From the NCBI GenBank assembly GCA_032128875.1, contig JAVLKG010000004.1, forward strand, positions 288,001-352,000: 64,000 nt of DNA. The letters run 5' to 3'. The DNA is from Candidatus Melainabacteria bacterium 17Bon1m (GTDB lineage: Bacteria; Cyanobacteriota; Vampirovibrionia; Obscuribacterales; Obscuribacteraceae). Of the stretch, positions 1-10,649 are shown piece by piece. Each line of letters opens with the position of its first letter. Within the stretch, counting starts at the first letter, position 1. The position numbers were made by a program, and so were the translations under genes. Under the pieces are notes generated by a model. That model saw nothing but the letters and a program-made list of their open reading frames with translations, was not told the origin of the DNA and did not search any database.

Positions 1-23
1 GCGAGCCGCCGGCGTTCCCAGGG

Positions 24-1193
24 CTAAATTTTCTTTTTGAAAGTCTCCGAATATCCCGTCATCTCTACATATCCTTCGCCTGATATGGGTTTACCCATTT
101 TGGTGCCGGTAATGCTTGATGCGCCCTCCCAATAGGTGACGTCTGTTGAACGTTTTGTTACGAGCTCCTGATCATCAAAGTCTGCAATCACCTGTAATTT
201 GATTTGTTTCGAAGGGATTTCAACTTCCCAATTCAGTGGATAGTTTCCTTTGCTCTTGGGGCTGAGCCACTTTGATTTGGAGCGAATTTTGAATTGTGAA
301 AGAGCCAAGTGCTCTGTTTTGCCGTCCGCACCGATTATGGTGCCACTAGAATTCTTGTCGATGCTTCCATCTTTCTTTCTCATGATGTAAAGCATAAGTT
401 CTGAATTATCGCTGAGTTGCAAGCTGTACCAATCCCAACCGATTTGCTCTTCTGTCAACTGGTTTGAACCAAACTCATGATCCATCCACGAAGTGCCGGT
501 AACTCTCTTTTCCTGTCCGTCGATAAACAGCAATCCCTTTGTGTCCATCCGGGTCAGTGAATAATAATGCGAGGCACAACCGACACAATCTGCCTTTTGG
601 CTGACACCATCTTTGCCGTGAATCACCGGAGGTTTTTTAGAACTCAAAAGTAACTTAATTCCTGTCTTTTCCGCATCTGCACTGAGCATCATCGCTTCTC
701 CGGCTTCGTCCACCCGCCAGCCGTCGTTGTATATGTGCAGCACAGAACTACTGGCGGTGCCCAGGGAGAGACCACTTCGCGTAAGCTTCTCGAAGAAGTG
801 GAATTTTTTGTTGTTGATATCGCTGACTGCGAAGTGTGCGAGATAAACGTTTGACCGTTCCTTGCGTTTTGCCTGAATTTTCTCTGAAGGTGATACTCCA
901 CTTCTGAAAAAGGTCAATTCGTATCCATATCTCTTTCCGTCTTCGCTCTTCAGATGTCCCGTGTAATACCACCACTCGGTTTTGAAGTCTTCATGTGATG
1001 CATGGTCTCGCGGGAATGCGAATTTGTAGCCCGGTAGCGCTTTCTTGTAAAACTTGTCGATTTCCTCGGCTTGGGCGATTGGGCCGCAAACGGTGAAAAG
1101 TGGAAGCATGAGGGTAGCTGTTGCGAAACTTCCAAGGATAAACGTCTTTGCGTGCATTGTTATAGGTTTATGGGAAAACATTTTAAGTTCCAC
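24..1193 (-). CDS. Secreted lipocalin-like / CrtC (carotenoid 1,2-hydratase)-family protein, AttH-like
   Basis: FPRDH..H..F.TEWWY.TG, SW.DHEF, GWDW.SLQL and YWEG motifs; N-terminal signal peptide; last gene of an ABC ATPase-permease operon. The start may lie a few codons downstream. Confidence 0.85.
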   Translation of the reverse strand: MELKMFSHKPITMHAKTFILGSFATATLMLPLFTVCGPIAQAEEIDKFYKKALPGYKFAFPRDHASHEDFKTEWWYYTGHLKSEDGKRYGYELTFFRSGVSPSEKIQAKRKERSNVYLAHFAVSDINNKKFHFFEKLTRSGLSLGTASSSVLHIYNDGWRVDEAGEAMMLSADAEKTGIKLLLSSKKPPVIHGKDGVSQKADCVGCASHYYSLTRMDTKGLLFIDGQEKRVTGTSWMDHEFGSNQLTEEQIGWDWYSLQLSDNSELMLYIMRKKDGSIDKNSSGTIIGADGKTEHLALSQFKIRSKSKWLSPKSKGNYPLNWEVEIPSKQIKLQVIADFDDQELVTKRSTDVTYWEGASSITGTKMGKPISGEGYVEMTGYSETFKKKI

Positions 1194-1210
1194 TTTTAGA
1201 CACCTTCATC

Positions 1211-3883
1211 CTACTCACTTCTAATAAATTCTGCTGCTTTCGTCCGGCCAGCTTCGTTGGCAGGTATAATTCCTGCCGCCAATGCAGCAACGATCACGAG
1301 CGCGGACGATTGCAAAATGAAATCCCATGGAATCATCATCTGAATCGTCCATCCAAACGACTGTCTGTTGATGACATTCACCAGCAGTAGTGAAAGTACA
1401 TAGCCAACGCAAATGCCTGCGACACTTCCGCATGCTCCGAGGATGACAGCCTGAGAAAGCACCACTTTTCTCAGCTGAGCGCGTGTAGCGCCTAGATAAC
1501 GAAGAATGGCAAACTCTCTTCTCGATTCATGGGTCAATGCAAGAAGTGCGTTCATAACTGAAAGCAATGCCACCGCTATTGCGATCGTGTGCAGTGCGTA
1601 GGTGACCGAAAATGTTCTATCAAACACTCTCATTGCTTCTGTTCTTAACTCTTGATTGTTTCGAATAAGAACCAGAGAATTGCCTTTTAACCGCGCAAGG
1701 CAATCTTTGCGGACTACTTCTGCATCTGCTTTCGGCATAAGGAAAACAGCGATGCTTGTTAGCTTGGTATCACTAAAATTCTTCAAGTACTGTTTGCGGT
1801 CGATGATGATGTATCCCAAGTCGCTGGAGTAATCGTAATAAACTCCCGCCACCTTTAGTGGTAGCAAACCGTGCAAGGTGGGAATTTCGATAGTGTCACC
1901 AATATTAATACCGCGCCTGACAGAGAATGTTTCCGAGATCACGCAGTCATCGGCACCCATCGCGGCGATGAGAGCACTGCCTTTCTGACCGTTTACTAGT
2001 CTGAGGCGACCGTATTTTTTCAGTACGTCAAATTCGCCAGCCCCGACAAGCACAGGTTCTCCATTAACCATTGTGCGATGTTCCACAAAGCCATCCACAG
2101 CCGCAACACCCGGTACGTCTCGAATTATGTCAGCTGTTCTCAAGTCGATCTTTCCTTCGCGATTACCTTCGGCGCGAGATTGAGACTGAATGTATAAGTC
2201 GGCTTTCAAAGTTTGTTCTACCCAAGCTACAACCGTGCTGCGAAAACTTGAAATCATGATGGCAAGACTGATCATCATCGAGATGCCCACCATGAGGCTT
2301 GCTACTGCGACGGCAGTTCTTCCGGGGGCACCACCCAGCGCACGCAACGAAATGGTGCCCTCGACTCCCAGAAGTGATTTTATTGTTTTGTTCTGGTTGA
2401 CTGCAGAAAAGGCGATATTGAGTGCGAATGGTGTGAACAGGGCGGTTCCGATAATTGCTGCGAATGCAGCAGCGTATCCAAAAAACGGAAATCCTGCGAT
2501 AGGTTTTCCGAATGTGGCCAAACCACCCAGTAAATAAACTACACCTCCAGCAAGAAGCAGTCCTCTTGTTGAATGCACAATTCTCGATTCGTAAGAGCCT
2601 TTTCGAGCCGCTTCAGCCGGAGCAACTGAGGTCGCTTCGAAGATGGGTGGAATCGAAGCGATTATCGTCAGCGCGACTCCAATGCCGAATGCTTTTAGAA
2701 GAGTCATCGGATCAATAGTCGAGGAGCCGAGTGGATGACTGAAATAAAAATGCTCGATAGTCCCTGCTATTGCTGTCAGCGCGCTGTCGGATAACATTAC
2801 TCCTGCAGCGACGCCAAGTAGTGAACCGGCAATACCGAAGAACAAAGCTTCGGACAGAAAGAGGGTTGCGATCTTCCATTTGTTGGCACCCAGTGTTCTT
2901 AAGATGCCAATCTCTTCTCGCCGCCTGACTATCGAAATTGTCATCGTGTTGTAGATGAGAAACATGCCTACAATCAGCGCGATGAATGCGAGCGCGGTCA
3001 AATTGTATTGAAATGAACGAGTCATTTTCTCAACTGTTCGTGCCCGAGCAGAGGGTGTATCAACTGTGACCGCTTGGGTAATGTTTTTCGACAGGTGTTC
3101 TTGGACATCTGCGTAAATGGCTTCCGGAACAATGAGTTCTACTTGCGTGATTTTTCCCGGCAATTCGAAGAGGTCTTGAGCCGTTACCAAGTCAACGACA
3201 ACAACTTGTCCGTTGAAGGACTTTCCTAGTCCTTTTGATTTAAGAACACCTATGACGTTGAGTTTTACTATCTTGTCATTGACAGATAACGCCAGTTCGC
3301 CGCCTTTTTCAAGCTTCAAATCCTCAGCGAGTTTTTCTCCAATGAGGGCTGTTCCGAATTCGATAAGTGAACTTGACGTCGTGCTTTTGCTATCCGCTTT
3401 CGAGCTGTTCGAACTCTCATTAGCCTTTTTTTCTGCCGGCTGATCGCTCGTCGAAAGTCGTGCATCTTTTGAAGCAGAAGATTCTTCTTTGTCGGAGTTT
3501 TCTGTTTTGGTTTGGACGAATTCTGCCGGAGCCAGCGTGTCAATGCCGTTGACTTGAACTAGAGGATTATCACCACCTACAGCAACAGCATTTGCTTGCA
3601 GCAAAGGCGTATATGCCACACCTTCTCTGCCCAGCGGCGCCAGTGTGGCGAGTACCGATTGATCGATGTAATTACCTGCTGACGGACGAATCTCCAGATT
3701 CGCCTTACCAGAAACCAGGTCGACAGTTTCTTTAAATTCTCCCAAGGCCGTTTCGTTTGCCAGGCTGATTGCCAGAAAAACGCAAACACCAAGGGCGATA
3801 CCAGTGACAGTAATGGCTGTTCGTCGCCAACTGGAGATCAAATCGCGAATGACAAATGCATAAAACAGACGAAAAGCGGACAT
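1211..3883 (-). CDS. ABC transporter permease with two MacB-PCD/FtsX repeats (AttF/G-like)
   Basis: 890 aa; two periplasmic domain + FtsX-like TM blocks (RREEIGILRTLGA and RREFAILRYLGA). Confidence 0.9.
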   Translation of the reverse strand: MSAFRLFYAFVIRDLISSWRRTAITVTGIALGVCVFLAISLANETALGEFKETVDLVSGKANLEIRPSAGNYIDQSVLATLAPLGREGVAYTPLLQANAVAVGGDNPLVQVNGIDTLAPAEFVQTKTENSDKEESSASKDARLSTSDQPAEKKANESSNSSKADSKSTTSSSLIEFGTALIGEKLAEDLKLEKGGELALSVNDKIVKLNVIGVLKSKGLGKSFNGQVVVVDLVTAQDLFELPGKITQVELIVPEAIYADVQEHLSKNITQAVTVDTPSARARTVEKMTRSFQYNLTALAFIALIVGMFLIYNTMTISIVRRREEIGILRTLGANKWKIATLFLSEALFFGIAGSLLGVAAGVMLSDSALTAIAGTIEHFYFSHPLGSSTIDPMTLLKAFGIGVALTIIASIPPIFEATSVAPAEAARKGSYESRIVHSTRGLLLAGGVVYLLGGLATFGKPIAGFPFFGYAAAFAAIIGTALFTPFALNIAFSAVNQNKTIKSLLGVEGTISLRALGGAPGRTAVAVASLMVGISMMISLAIMISSFRSTVVAWVEQTLKADLYIQSQSRAEGNREGKIDLRTADIIRDVPGVAAVDGFVEHRTMVNGEPVLVGAGEFDVLKKYGRLRLVNGQKGSALIAAMGADDCVISETFSVRRGINIGDTIEIPTLHGLLPLKVAGVYYDYSSDLGYIIIDRKQYLKNFSDTKLTSIAVFLMPKADAEVVRKDCLARLKGNSLVLIRNNQELRTEAMRVFDRTFSVTYALHTIAIAVALLSVMNALLALTHESRREFAILRYLGATRAQLRKVVLSQAVILGACGSVAGICVGYVLSLLLVNVINRQSFGWTIQMMIPWDFILQSSALVIVAALAAGIIPANEAGRTKAAEFIRSE

Positions 3884-3885
3884 GG

Positions 3886-4575
3886 CTAATTGCTCTCGCT
3901 TGATACCAGAATACCGTCGCGCATTTGCAGCAGGCGATCAGCTGTTTGGCTCGCCTCTTTACTGTGCGTCGCCATGATGATCGCCAGTTTGAAATCGTGA
4001 TTGAATTCTTTGATCAGTTGCAAAATGTTTTCACCATTTTGCGTATCTAAATTGCCTGTTGGCTCGTCTGCCACCAAAAGGCGTGGTTCGTGAATCAATG
4101 CTCGAGCGATGGCAACTCTCTGCATCTCACCGCCCGATAATTGCGAGGGAAAGAAGTGCGCCCTGCTTTCAAGTCCGACCTTTTGCAAAAGTTCTTTCGC
4201 TCGCTTTTCAGCAGATTGAATTTTGCTCTTGTTGAGTTCGATCGGCACCATGATGTTTTCCATCACAGAGAATGTCGGCAAAAGATTGAATGATTGAAAA
4301 ACGAATCCGATTTTCTCGCCGCGTATGCGCGTCAATGCTTCGTCGTCGAGCTGATTTACAGTTTGTCCGTCAAAAACAATAGTACCGGAATCTGGTCTAT
4401 CAATTGCGCCAATGAGGTTGAGCAAGGTGCTTTTGCCGCAACCGCTTGGTCCCATAATTGCCACAAACTCGCCGGCACGGATGTCAATTGACACATCTCT
4501 CACGGCATCAATGTTGTGAGCTTTGTAGCACTTTGACACTTTGTCCAATGAAATTAAGATGTCAGATTCCGGCAT
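3886..4575 (-). CDS. ABC transporter ATP-binding protein (LolD/MacB-type)
   Basis: Walker A GPSGCGKST, signature LSGGEMQR, Walker B LLVADEPTGNLD. Confidence 0.95.
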   Translation of the reverse strand: MPESDILISLDKVSKCYKAHNIDAVRDVSIDIRAGEFVAIMGPSGCGKSTLLNLIGAIDRPDSGTIVFDGQTVNQLDDEALTRIRGEKIGFVFQSFNLLPTFSVMENIMVPIELNKSKIQSAEKRAKELLQKVGLESRAHFFPSQLSGGEMQRVAIARALIHEPRLLVADEPTGNLDTQNGENILQLIKEFNHDFKLAIIMATHSKEASQTADRLLQMRDGILVSSESN

Positions 4576-4724
4576 TCTCTATTCGACTTGATCTCGTTTT
4601 TATTTTTCGCTGCTCTCAGCTGCTAGTACATAGACTTCATTGTATTAAGTAGAAAAGAACATTGGGTGAACCGGTTAAAGCCCACCCAATGCTAATTGCT
4701 TAAGTTGAGCCGACAGGCTCGGCG

Positions 4725-5330
4725 CTATTTCTTAGCGCTTTTCTTCTCTTTTTTGCTGTCGGAAGCTTCGCGCTTGTTGCCCTTTCCTTCCTTGGCAGTG
4801 GACTTTCCGGCATTCGCCTTCAAGAAGTCGCGAGTAAAGTCTTGTCCCAGCTTGGTCACAGCTTCTTTAGGTTCGTGAGCTGCCAGGAAGACTTTGTCGC
4901 TGTAAGTGACAGCTTGGACTTTCGACTTAGGATCGCGCAAGAGGCTTACCCATTGTCTTACCGAGAGTTCAGCGATTGTGTGACTTGCCGTTTTATAGAA
5001 GGTGATTTGCAGGATGGCGTCCACAGGACCGTCGCCCGGCTTCAGTCCGGTGGCGACGAAAAGCGGTACGCCGGTTTGCTTCAAGATGCCACCCAGTTCG
5101 CTTTCTAGCGGCTCGAAATTCTTATATCCGACAACGCGGTAGGCAATGCCACGGATACCTTCGAGCGAAGGAACCATTAGTGTTTCGCGCGCTTCTTTGC
5201 GCTTTGCCTGAATTTCTTCCATGGAAAGCGGCACGCTGGGAACATTTTCAGCACTTGCCGGCATGGAGAGCGCGGCTGCACCGAAAGAAACGGCTAGTAT
5301 TAGAGAAGCAAATTTATGGTTGAGTGTCAT
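4725..5330 (-). CDS. Secreted hypothetical protein with Lys-rich C-terminal tail
   Basis: Signal peptide ending ASA; ATG at 5330 preferred over the GTG at 5360. Confidence 0.7.
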   Translation of the reverse strand: MTLNHKFASLILAVSFGAAALSMPASAENVPSVPLSMEEIQAKRKEARETLMVPSLEGIRGIAYRVVGYKNFEPLESELGGILKQTGVPLFVATGLKPGDGPVDAILQITFYKTASHTIAELSVRQWVSLLRDPKSKVQAVTYSDKVFLAAHEPKEAVTKLGQDFTRDFLKANAGKSTAKEGKGNKREASDSKKEKKSAKK

Positions 5331-5599
5331 AGTGACTGCACCTTGAAAATTGACCGACACATATCAGGCCGTAAAGCGTACCAGCTTTGGAGCTTTCCGG
5401 CTATTTTTACCGATAAAAAGCTACAGAATCGCCTTGTCAGGTGGCGTTTTCAGTCCTCACAAATCCCTCAGCCTTGAGAGTTAATACTGTAATTACAACA
5501 AAGACCAACCTGGAAACACAGAACACGCCGCACAAATGGGATAATGTGACACCGTAGGCGGCAAGAAGATTAAACGCCGAGATTCAAGGAGTATTTAGT

Positions 5600-6244
5600 A
5601 TGCGCTTCTCATTTACAAAATTGCTGGCAACCAGCTTCTCTTTGGCACTGGCAAGTAGCTGCGCGATAACGTTGTCCGCTTATGCCCAAGGCGAAACACA
5701 AGCTGACCAAGCCGCTTTCAGCGACGATGGTGACATGCTCCGCCTCAACGAGTCTCAATTGCGGGACCTCGAAATGCAAGAGCAGAGCGCTGAGAATGTA
5801 GCGAATATGGACGCTGCAAAAAATCAGCAATATCGTTTGTACGCAGAAAAAAGAATTGCTGAAGTCGAAAAACTCAAAGGCGCCAAGAAGGCAGACGCCG
5901 ATACGCAAGTTCAAACTCTGCGCAGATGGCTGCAAGCAGACCAAGCGCAACGTGCTCGCGATTTGCAAATCATCCGCAGCTTGCAAGCAAGAATTGCCAG
6001 ACTTGAACAAACACAGCAGACGACAATGGCAAACATGAGCAACGATATTGGAGCTGTTAGAGAAGCTGCCAATGATGCTCGTTCTGATACGAAATTCAAA
6101 CAACAAATGTCGATGAATTACTTCAACGAAATGCAAACCGAAATGGGTGCAGCTTCGTGGTATCCGCCGCGTGGTGGTGGTGCAAACTACAACATGGGCG
6201 GTATGGGATTCAACGGCGGACAGCAGTTGTTCGGCGGATATTAG
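5600..6244 (+). CDS. Secreted coiled-coil hypothetical protein
   Basis: SD AAGGAG upstream; signal peptide (AYA); Gln-rich helical body; Gly-rich end. Confidence 0.75.
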   Translation: MRFSFTKLLATSFSLALASSCAITLSAYAQGETQADQAAFSDDGDMLRLNESQLRDLEMQEQSAENVANMDAAKNQQYRLYAEKRIAEVEKLKGAKKADADTQVQTLRRWLQADQAQRARDLQIIRSLQARIARLEQTQQTTMANMSNDIGAVREAANDARSDTKFKQQMSMNYFNEMQTEMGAASWYPPRGGGANYNMGGMGFNGGQQLFGGY

Positions 6245-6253
6245 GAATAAGAC

Positions 6254-7237
6254 GTGGGGAAACAATTCCTCGCTATCCTGGTTTGCTTAATCTGTACGTT
6301 TACGACTCCCGGCGTTTCAGCCGACGCGCAAGACTTGAAGAAGTTGCCCCGCGTGGTGATATCGTCGGGAGGTCCGTATACGGCGAATGGTGGCACATCC
6401 ATTCAGTCGTTTGATGATGCGATTGAACTGTCGCGCGAGTATGCGAACAAACCTCTGGCGCTCGTTTTGACGAACGGTTCGATCAACGCTTCTGGCTTTA
6501 GCTGGATGCGGATGTTTTTGCAGCAAGGTGGCAGTGACACCAACCTGCAATCGGGCGCTTCAGAATTTGGTCGCCTGTTGTGCGATGAAAATTCTTTTCT
6601 AAACAGCGCTCAAATTTATGTTGATTTGACGTCGCAGCTTGCTCCAGGGCGAAACCGAATACACCTTGAAGGCGTAGGCAGGCAAGGCGCACAGTTTTTT
6701 TGGGAACTGCGTTCGATTGGTGCGCCACAACTTTCTAAGTTGAATCCACGTGTCACTATGGCAGGGGCACAATTGGTTCTTTCAGGTATGGGCTTTAGCG
6801 TTCGCCCATCAGAGAATGAAGTGGTTCTGGGACCTGCACCACTTCAAGTAATTGAATCCAACGGCAGAATGTTGCGCGTCTACGTGCCGCCGAATATGCC
6901 TGAAGGGCAGTTTCCTTTGTATGTCGGTATTCAATCGATGCGCAGCAATGTGCTTCCGATGGAAGTGTTGCCATCACCGAAGGTTACTTCTGTAAATCCG
7001 GTAAGCCTGCTGCCGGGTCAAACCATCACAATTCGGGGCAGCGGTTTTTCCGCTACACCACAGGAAAATCGAGTTTATATAGGTCGCTACCCTGCACCTG
7101 TAGTTTCGTCTAGTCCGCAGATAATCAACGCCATTGTTCCTAACATGCCGACCGGTAATGCCAAAATTACTGTCATCGCCGGTGGTGCTACGGCACAGGG
7201 CAACCCCGAAGTTTCGATCAGCTATTTGAACCGCTAA
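6254..7237 (+). CDS. Secreted IPT/TIG (Ig-like) domain protein
   Basis: Two IPT/TIG repeats (P.L..LNP....G....L.G.GFS..P.EN.V) in the C-terminal half; signal peptide; 9 nt after the previous gene. Confidence 0.8.
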   Translation: MGKQFLAILVCLICTFTTPGVSADAQDLKKLPRVVISSGGPYTANGGTSIQSFDDAIELSREYANKPLALVLTNGSINASGFSWMRMFLQQGGSDTNLQSGASEFGRLLCDENSFLNSAQIYVDLTSQLAPGRNRIHLEGVGRQGAQFFWELRSIGAPQLSKLNPRVTMAGAQLVLSGMGFSVRPSENEVVLGPAPLQVIESNGRMLRVYVPPNMPEGQFPLYVGIQSMRSNVLPMEVLPSPKVTSVNPVSLLPGQTITIRGSGFSATPQENRVYIGRYPAPVVSSSPQIINAIVPNMPTGNAKITVIAGGATAQGNPEVSISYLNR

Positions 7238-8277
7238 ATCGTGACTACGATTTTGCCGAAGTGTGCGCCACTTTGCTGATACTTCAATGCTTCAACAATT
7301 TGTGATGCCTTGAAGGTTTTGTCGATGACTGGTTTCAACTTGTGTAATGCGATGGCTGCATTCATGCGTTCGTACATTTCTACAGATCCGACAAAAACGC
7401 CTTGCAGCTTTACTGCTTTCATCAATAATGAAATTTCGAAGTCCGACTTTTGTTTTGCATCAGCAAGCACGCCGATCAAACTGATGTGTCCACCCACTTT
7501 CACTGATACAGCCGACTTCGCCAATGTGCCTGCGCCGCCGATTTCGACAACGTGGTCTACTCCGCGACCGCATGTGTATTTGACTACTTCTTTTTCCCAA
7601 TCGGGTGTTTTCTTGTAATTGATGACGTGAGAGGCGCCCATCTTTTGCAGGCGTTTCATCTTCTCATCGCTGCTGGTGGTGGCAATAACTTCCGCGCCAC
7701 TCATTATCGCTAATTGGAGAGCGAAGACAGAAACGCCGCCTGTACCCATCACAAGTACTGTTTCACCAGCGCGTAATCCACCATTTTCGATCAGACCGTT
7801 CCAGGCTGTAAGTGCCGCACAAGGAAGCGTTGCCGCTTCCTGGAAGCTGAGATGCTCCGGAATGCGAACGACTGATCTTTCGTTGAAAACAGCATACTCG
7901 CGTAAGACACCATCTTTGGTGCCACCAAGATCAGATGATTTTACGGTCGCATTGATAGGACCAGACAACCAGTCTGCAAAGAAATTTGGTGAAACACGGT
8001 CGCCCACTTTAAAGCGTGTGACTGACGAGCCGATTTCGACAATTTCGCCGGCGCCGTCAGAAAGAGGAATTCTCGGAAGCGGAATGCCTTTATTGTAGAC
8101 GCCAAGGGCGACAAGGATATCGCGGTAATTAAGCGATGCGGCTCTCATCCTGACAAGCACATCGGTCGGACCGAGCGCCGGGGTGACTCGCTTCGCCGCT
8201 CTAATCGCGTCGATTGAAAAGCTGGGCAACTCAAAGGCTGCGTGTTCGATTTCTGTCTTTGTAGTCGCCGTAACCAT
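7234..8277 (-). CDS. NAD(P)-dependent alcohol dehydrogenase / quinone oxidoreductase (MDR family)
   Basis: SLNYRD, PLSDGAG, AATLPCAALTAW, GTGGVS and HFGKIV motifs. Confidence 0.92.
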   Translation of the reverse strand: MVTATTKTEIEHAAFELPSFSIDAIRAAKRVTPALGPTDVLVRMRAASLNYRDILVALGVYNKGIPLPRIPLSDGAGEIVEIGSSVTRFKVGDRVSPNFFADWLSGPINATVKSSDLGGTKDGVLREYAVFNERSVVRIPEHLSFQEAATLPCAALTAWNGLIENGGLRAGETVLVMGTGGVSVFALQLAIMSGAEVIATTSSDEKMKRLQKMGASHVINYKKTPDWEKEVVKYTCGRGVDHVVEIGGAGTLAKSAVSVKVGGHISLIGVLADAKQKSDFEISLLMKAVKLQGVFVGSVEMYERMNAAIALHKLKPVIDKTFKASQIVEALKYQQSGAHFGKIVVTI

Positions 8278-8549
8278 CTTCGACCTCCGTATCCTGTTGC
8301 TCGAAATCTCAATGAGTATATTGTGGATAGATTGATACCATCTTCTCGATTACAGATCATGAGAGGGAGCGGTTTTGGCGCATTTTCGTCGCAAATCCTT
8401 GCCCGACCCATTTTGCGTTTCCTTTCAAAGGTTTTCAGTTTTGGCTGCCGGTGGTCATTTTGGGGCACCCGGTTGATAAAATTCTAGGGTAAGACAGTTC
8501 GAAGAAACCCCGCTGGACCATCGGCGAGGGGATATAGGGGCTAAGCCGG

Positions 8550-9131
8550 ATGCAGAGAGTCTGTGTATTTTGCGGGTCGTCACCAGGTGTAAAGCAGGAA
8601 TACGCCGTCGGCGCGCGTGAATTGGGTTTGGTCCTGGCAAAAAAGAATATTGATTTGGTCTATGGCGGCGGTCATGTCGGACTGATGGGAATAGTCGCTG
8701 ATGCCGCAATGTCAGCCGGTGCCAAGGCGATAGGCATTATTCCTCGATGCCTGGCGGATAAAGAAGTCGCCCACCAGGGGCTGACTGAGCTCAAGATCGT
8801 TCAAACCATGCATGAACGAAAGGCTCAAATGAGCGAGCTTTCCGATGGTTTTATCGCGATGCCCGGCGGTTTTGGCACATTGGAAGAGCTGTTCGAAGTC
8901 ATTACCTGGGCACAGCTGGGCATTCACAAAAAGCCGTTCGGTCTTTTCAACGTTGCTGGTTATTACGACAAATTGATTGAATTCATGGATTATCAGGTCG
9001 AGCAGGGTTTTGTGCCTCAGCGTCATCGCGAAATGATCATCGTGTCTGATGAAGCCGAACAGCTCGTAGAGATGCTTGAGAGCTTCCATCCCGTTGCCCA
9101 AGAAAAATGGGCGTCCACGCGTCAAATTTAG
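8550..9131 (+). CDS. LOG family nucleotide phosphoribohydrolase (TIGR00730-like)
   Basis: CVFCGSS, YGGG.VGLMG, MHERK and PGGFGTLEE motifs. Confidence 0.95.
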   Translation: MQRVCVFCGSSPGVKQEYAVGARELGLVLAKKNIDLVYGGGHVGLMGIVADAAMSAGAKAIGIIPRCLADKEVAHQGLTELKIVQTMHERKAQMSELSDGFIAMPGGFGTLEELFEVITWAQLGIHKKPFGLFNVAGYYDKLIEFMDYQVEQGFVPQRHREMIIVSDEAEQLVEMLESFHPVAQEKWASTRQI

Positions 9132-9445
9132 ATAAACACTTCGACTCAAGTCAGATAGACGTTTGCAGCGACTGCGTGCGTTGAAATATGGCTCGAAAAT
9201 TTGCTGGTAAATTCCCTGAAAATAGCCACGGCGCCGAGCCGAAGCTCGACGCAGTGTGTCCCTTGCTACAGGTTTTGGTTCTTCCAAGCGCAAGCCGATT
9301 CAATATCGGGATGCAGACAGCCAGCAGCAATGTGTGTGCTGCTTCCGGCGCTGCTACGCTTTTCGGTTGATTTATACGGGGAAGATGAGGTCCATGCGAA
9401 GAGAGTATCAAACAGGGTGTGAAGAGACCGTGAACGCCCCCTTTC

Positions 9446-9498
9446 GTACGGGCGACACATGTGCCGCCCTGCCAGGGAGCCGCATGCGTCTGCCCTAG
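9446..9498. repeat. REP-like palindromic doublet
   Basis: GTACGGGCGACACATGTGCCGCCC-TGCCA-GGGAGCCGCATGCGTCTGCCCTAG between convergent genes; same CTGCCAGGGA junction as the 15609-15661 element (opposite orientation). Confidence 0.7.
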
Positions 9499-9508
9499 GA
9501 AGGACGGA

Positions 9509-10363
9509 TTATCCAATCATGAATTGAGGTCCGGGCGACTTGACGCAGATCGCTGCAAGCATCATCCCTTCGAGCGCGGCGTCCGTGGCGTCTAGTCCGG
9601 CTGCCATTGCAGTCACTGTTGCTCCGCAAAAGGTATCGCCAGCTCCTGTTGGATCTATTTCTTGTACTTCTTCTGTCGGCAGTTTCCACGCCTCGCCCTG
9701 GCTGTAGATGGAGCAACCGCCTTTGTTCTCAGTTACGAACAGGGCTTTTCTACGCCCGCTTTCAGGCAACCCACCCTGATAGAGTGTTTGGAACTCGTTG
9801 AGATTCATGAAAAAGTAATCGCAGCTTTGCACCAGCTCGTGCACTACATCTGGTGCCGTTTTCACCAGGCGAAAATATGTTCCGCATGAGACTGTCTTTG
9901 CACCAAGCGCGCGCACACGATCGAGCATCTCCTTTTGTTTCACCGCAGAACTAAGTGCGGCGATGTGGACGACATCGAATTCATCGAGCGGTCCGGTAAT
10001 TGTGTCAGGCGTCAATTCCGCCTCGGCGCCCCAATCAGCAGTCAAAAGTGTGGCGCGCCCATCGCCATGGTGAATGATTTCCAGGCGAGGTAGGTCGGCC
10101 TCGCGGACCTGCGGACCCTTCCAGGTAATCATCTGTGAAACACGCAAGAAAGGCTCGGTAAAGCTGTCTGGCTGCGGAGCCATGAGCGTTACGCGACCAC
10201 CAGAAACATTCGAAGCAAGCGCCGTATACAGTCCAGAGCCGCCTATAGTGTGGAATGTGCTGCGCTCACCATTCACCTCTGAGTGAATCGTGTCGCGCGA
10301 AGCCGTACCAATTACGGCGATTTTGGGCGATTTTAATTGTGTCTTCGAAGGTTGGTCCGGCAA
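9509..10363 (-). CDS. PfkB family carbohydrate kinase
   Basis: N-terminal GGSG and C-terminal DPTGAGDTF PfkB signature. Confidence 0.9.
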   Translation of the reverse strand: MPDQPSKTQLKSPKIAVIGTASRDTIHSEVNGERSTFHTIGGSGLYTALASNVSGGRVTLMAPQPDSFTEPFLRVSQMITWKGPQVREADLPRLEIIHHGDGRATLLTADWGAEAELTPDTITGPLDEFDVVHIAALSSAVKQKEMLDRVRALGAKTVSCGTYFRLVKTAPDVVHELVQSCDYFFMNLNEFQTLYQGGLPESGRRKALFVTENKGGCSIYSQGEAWKLPTEEVQEIDPTGAGDTFCGATVTAMAAGLDATDAALEGMMLAAICVKSPGPQFMIG

Positions 10364-10649
10364 GTTCTTGTCTCACCGCGGGTCTCTATTAGGGAAGTCT
10401 AAGCCATTCCAGCGTCTTCTTTTGGCGATTTTTCCCTGAGAGATGCTTTAGGAACCGGCGCCCATAAGGGGGACGGCGATTGTGCCTTGGATTGGGGCAG
10501 TTTTTCGGATTGTTGAAAGACTCTTTATAACTGGGCAAATATGGCTCTTAGTTTGCGAAACTGTATATATAGGATCTGCTAGGAGCAAATTCGTGCCGCA
10601 AATGACAAAGAACCGCGAGAAACAGAGAGTTAAGAAGTTGGGTGGGGAC

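Noticed and set aside
5609-6265. 218-aa antisense ORF over the 5600-6244 gene
   Set aside because: The + strand ORF has an SD, a signal peptide and operon context; the antisense frame is a codon-bias shadow.
8712-9516. Several overlapping ORFs and possible ncRNA between the LOG and PfkB genes
   Set aside because: No recognisable protein motif; no tmRNA, RNase P, 6S or tRNA signature that I could confirm; only the REP-like doublet is supported.
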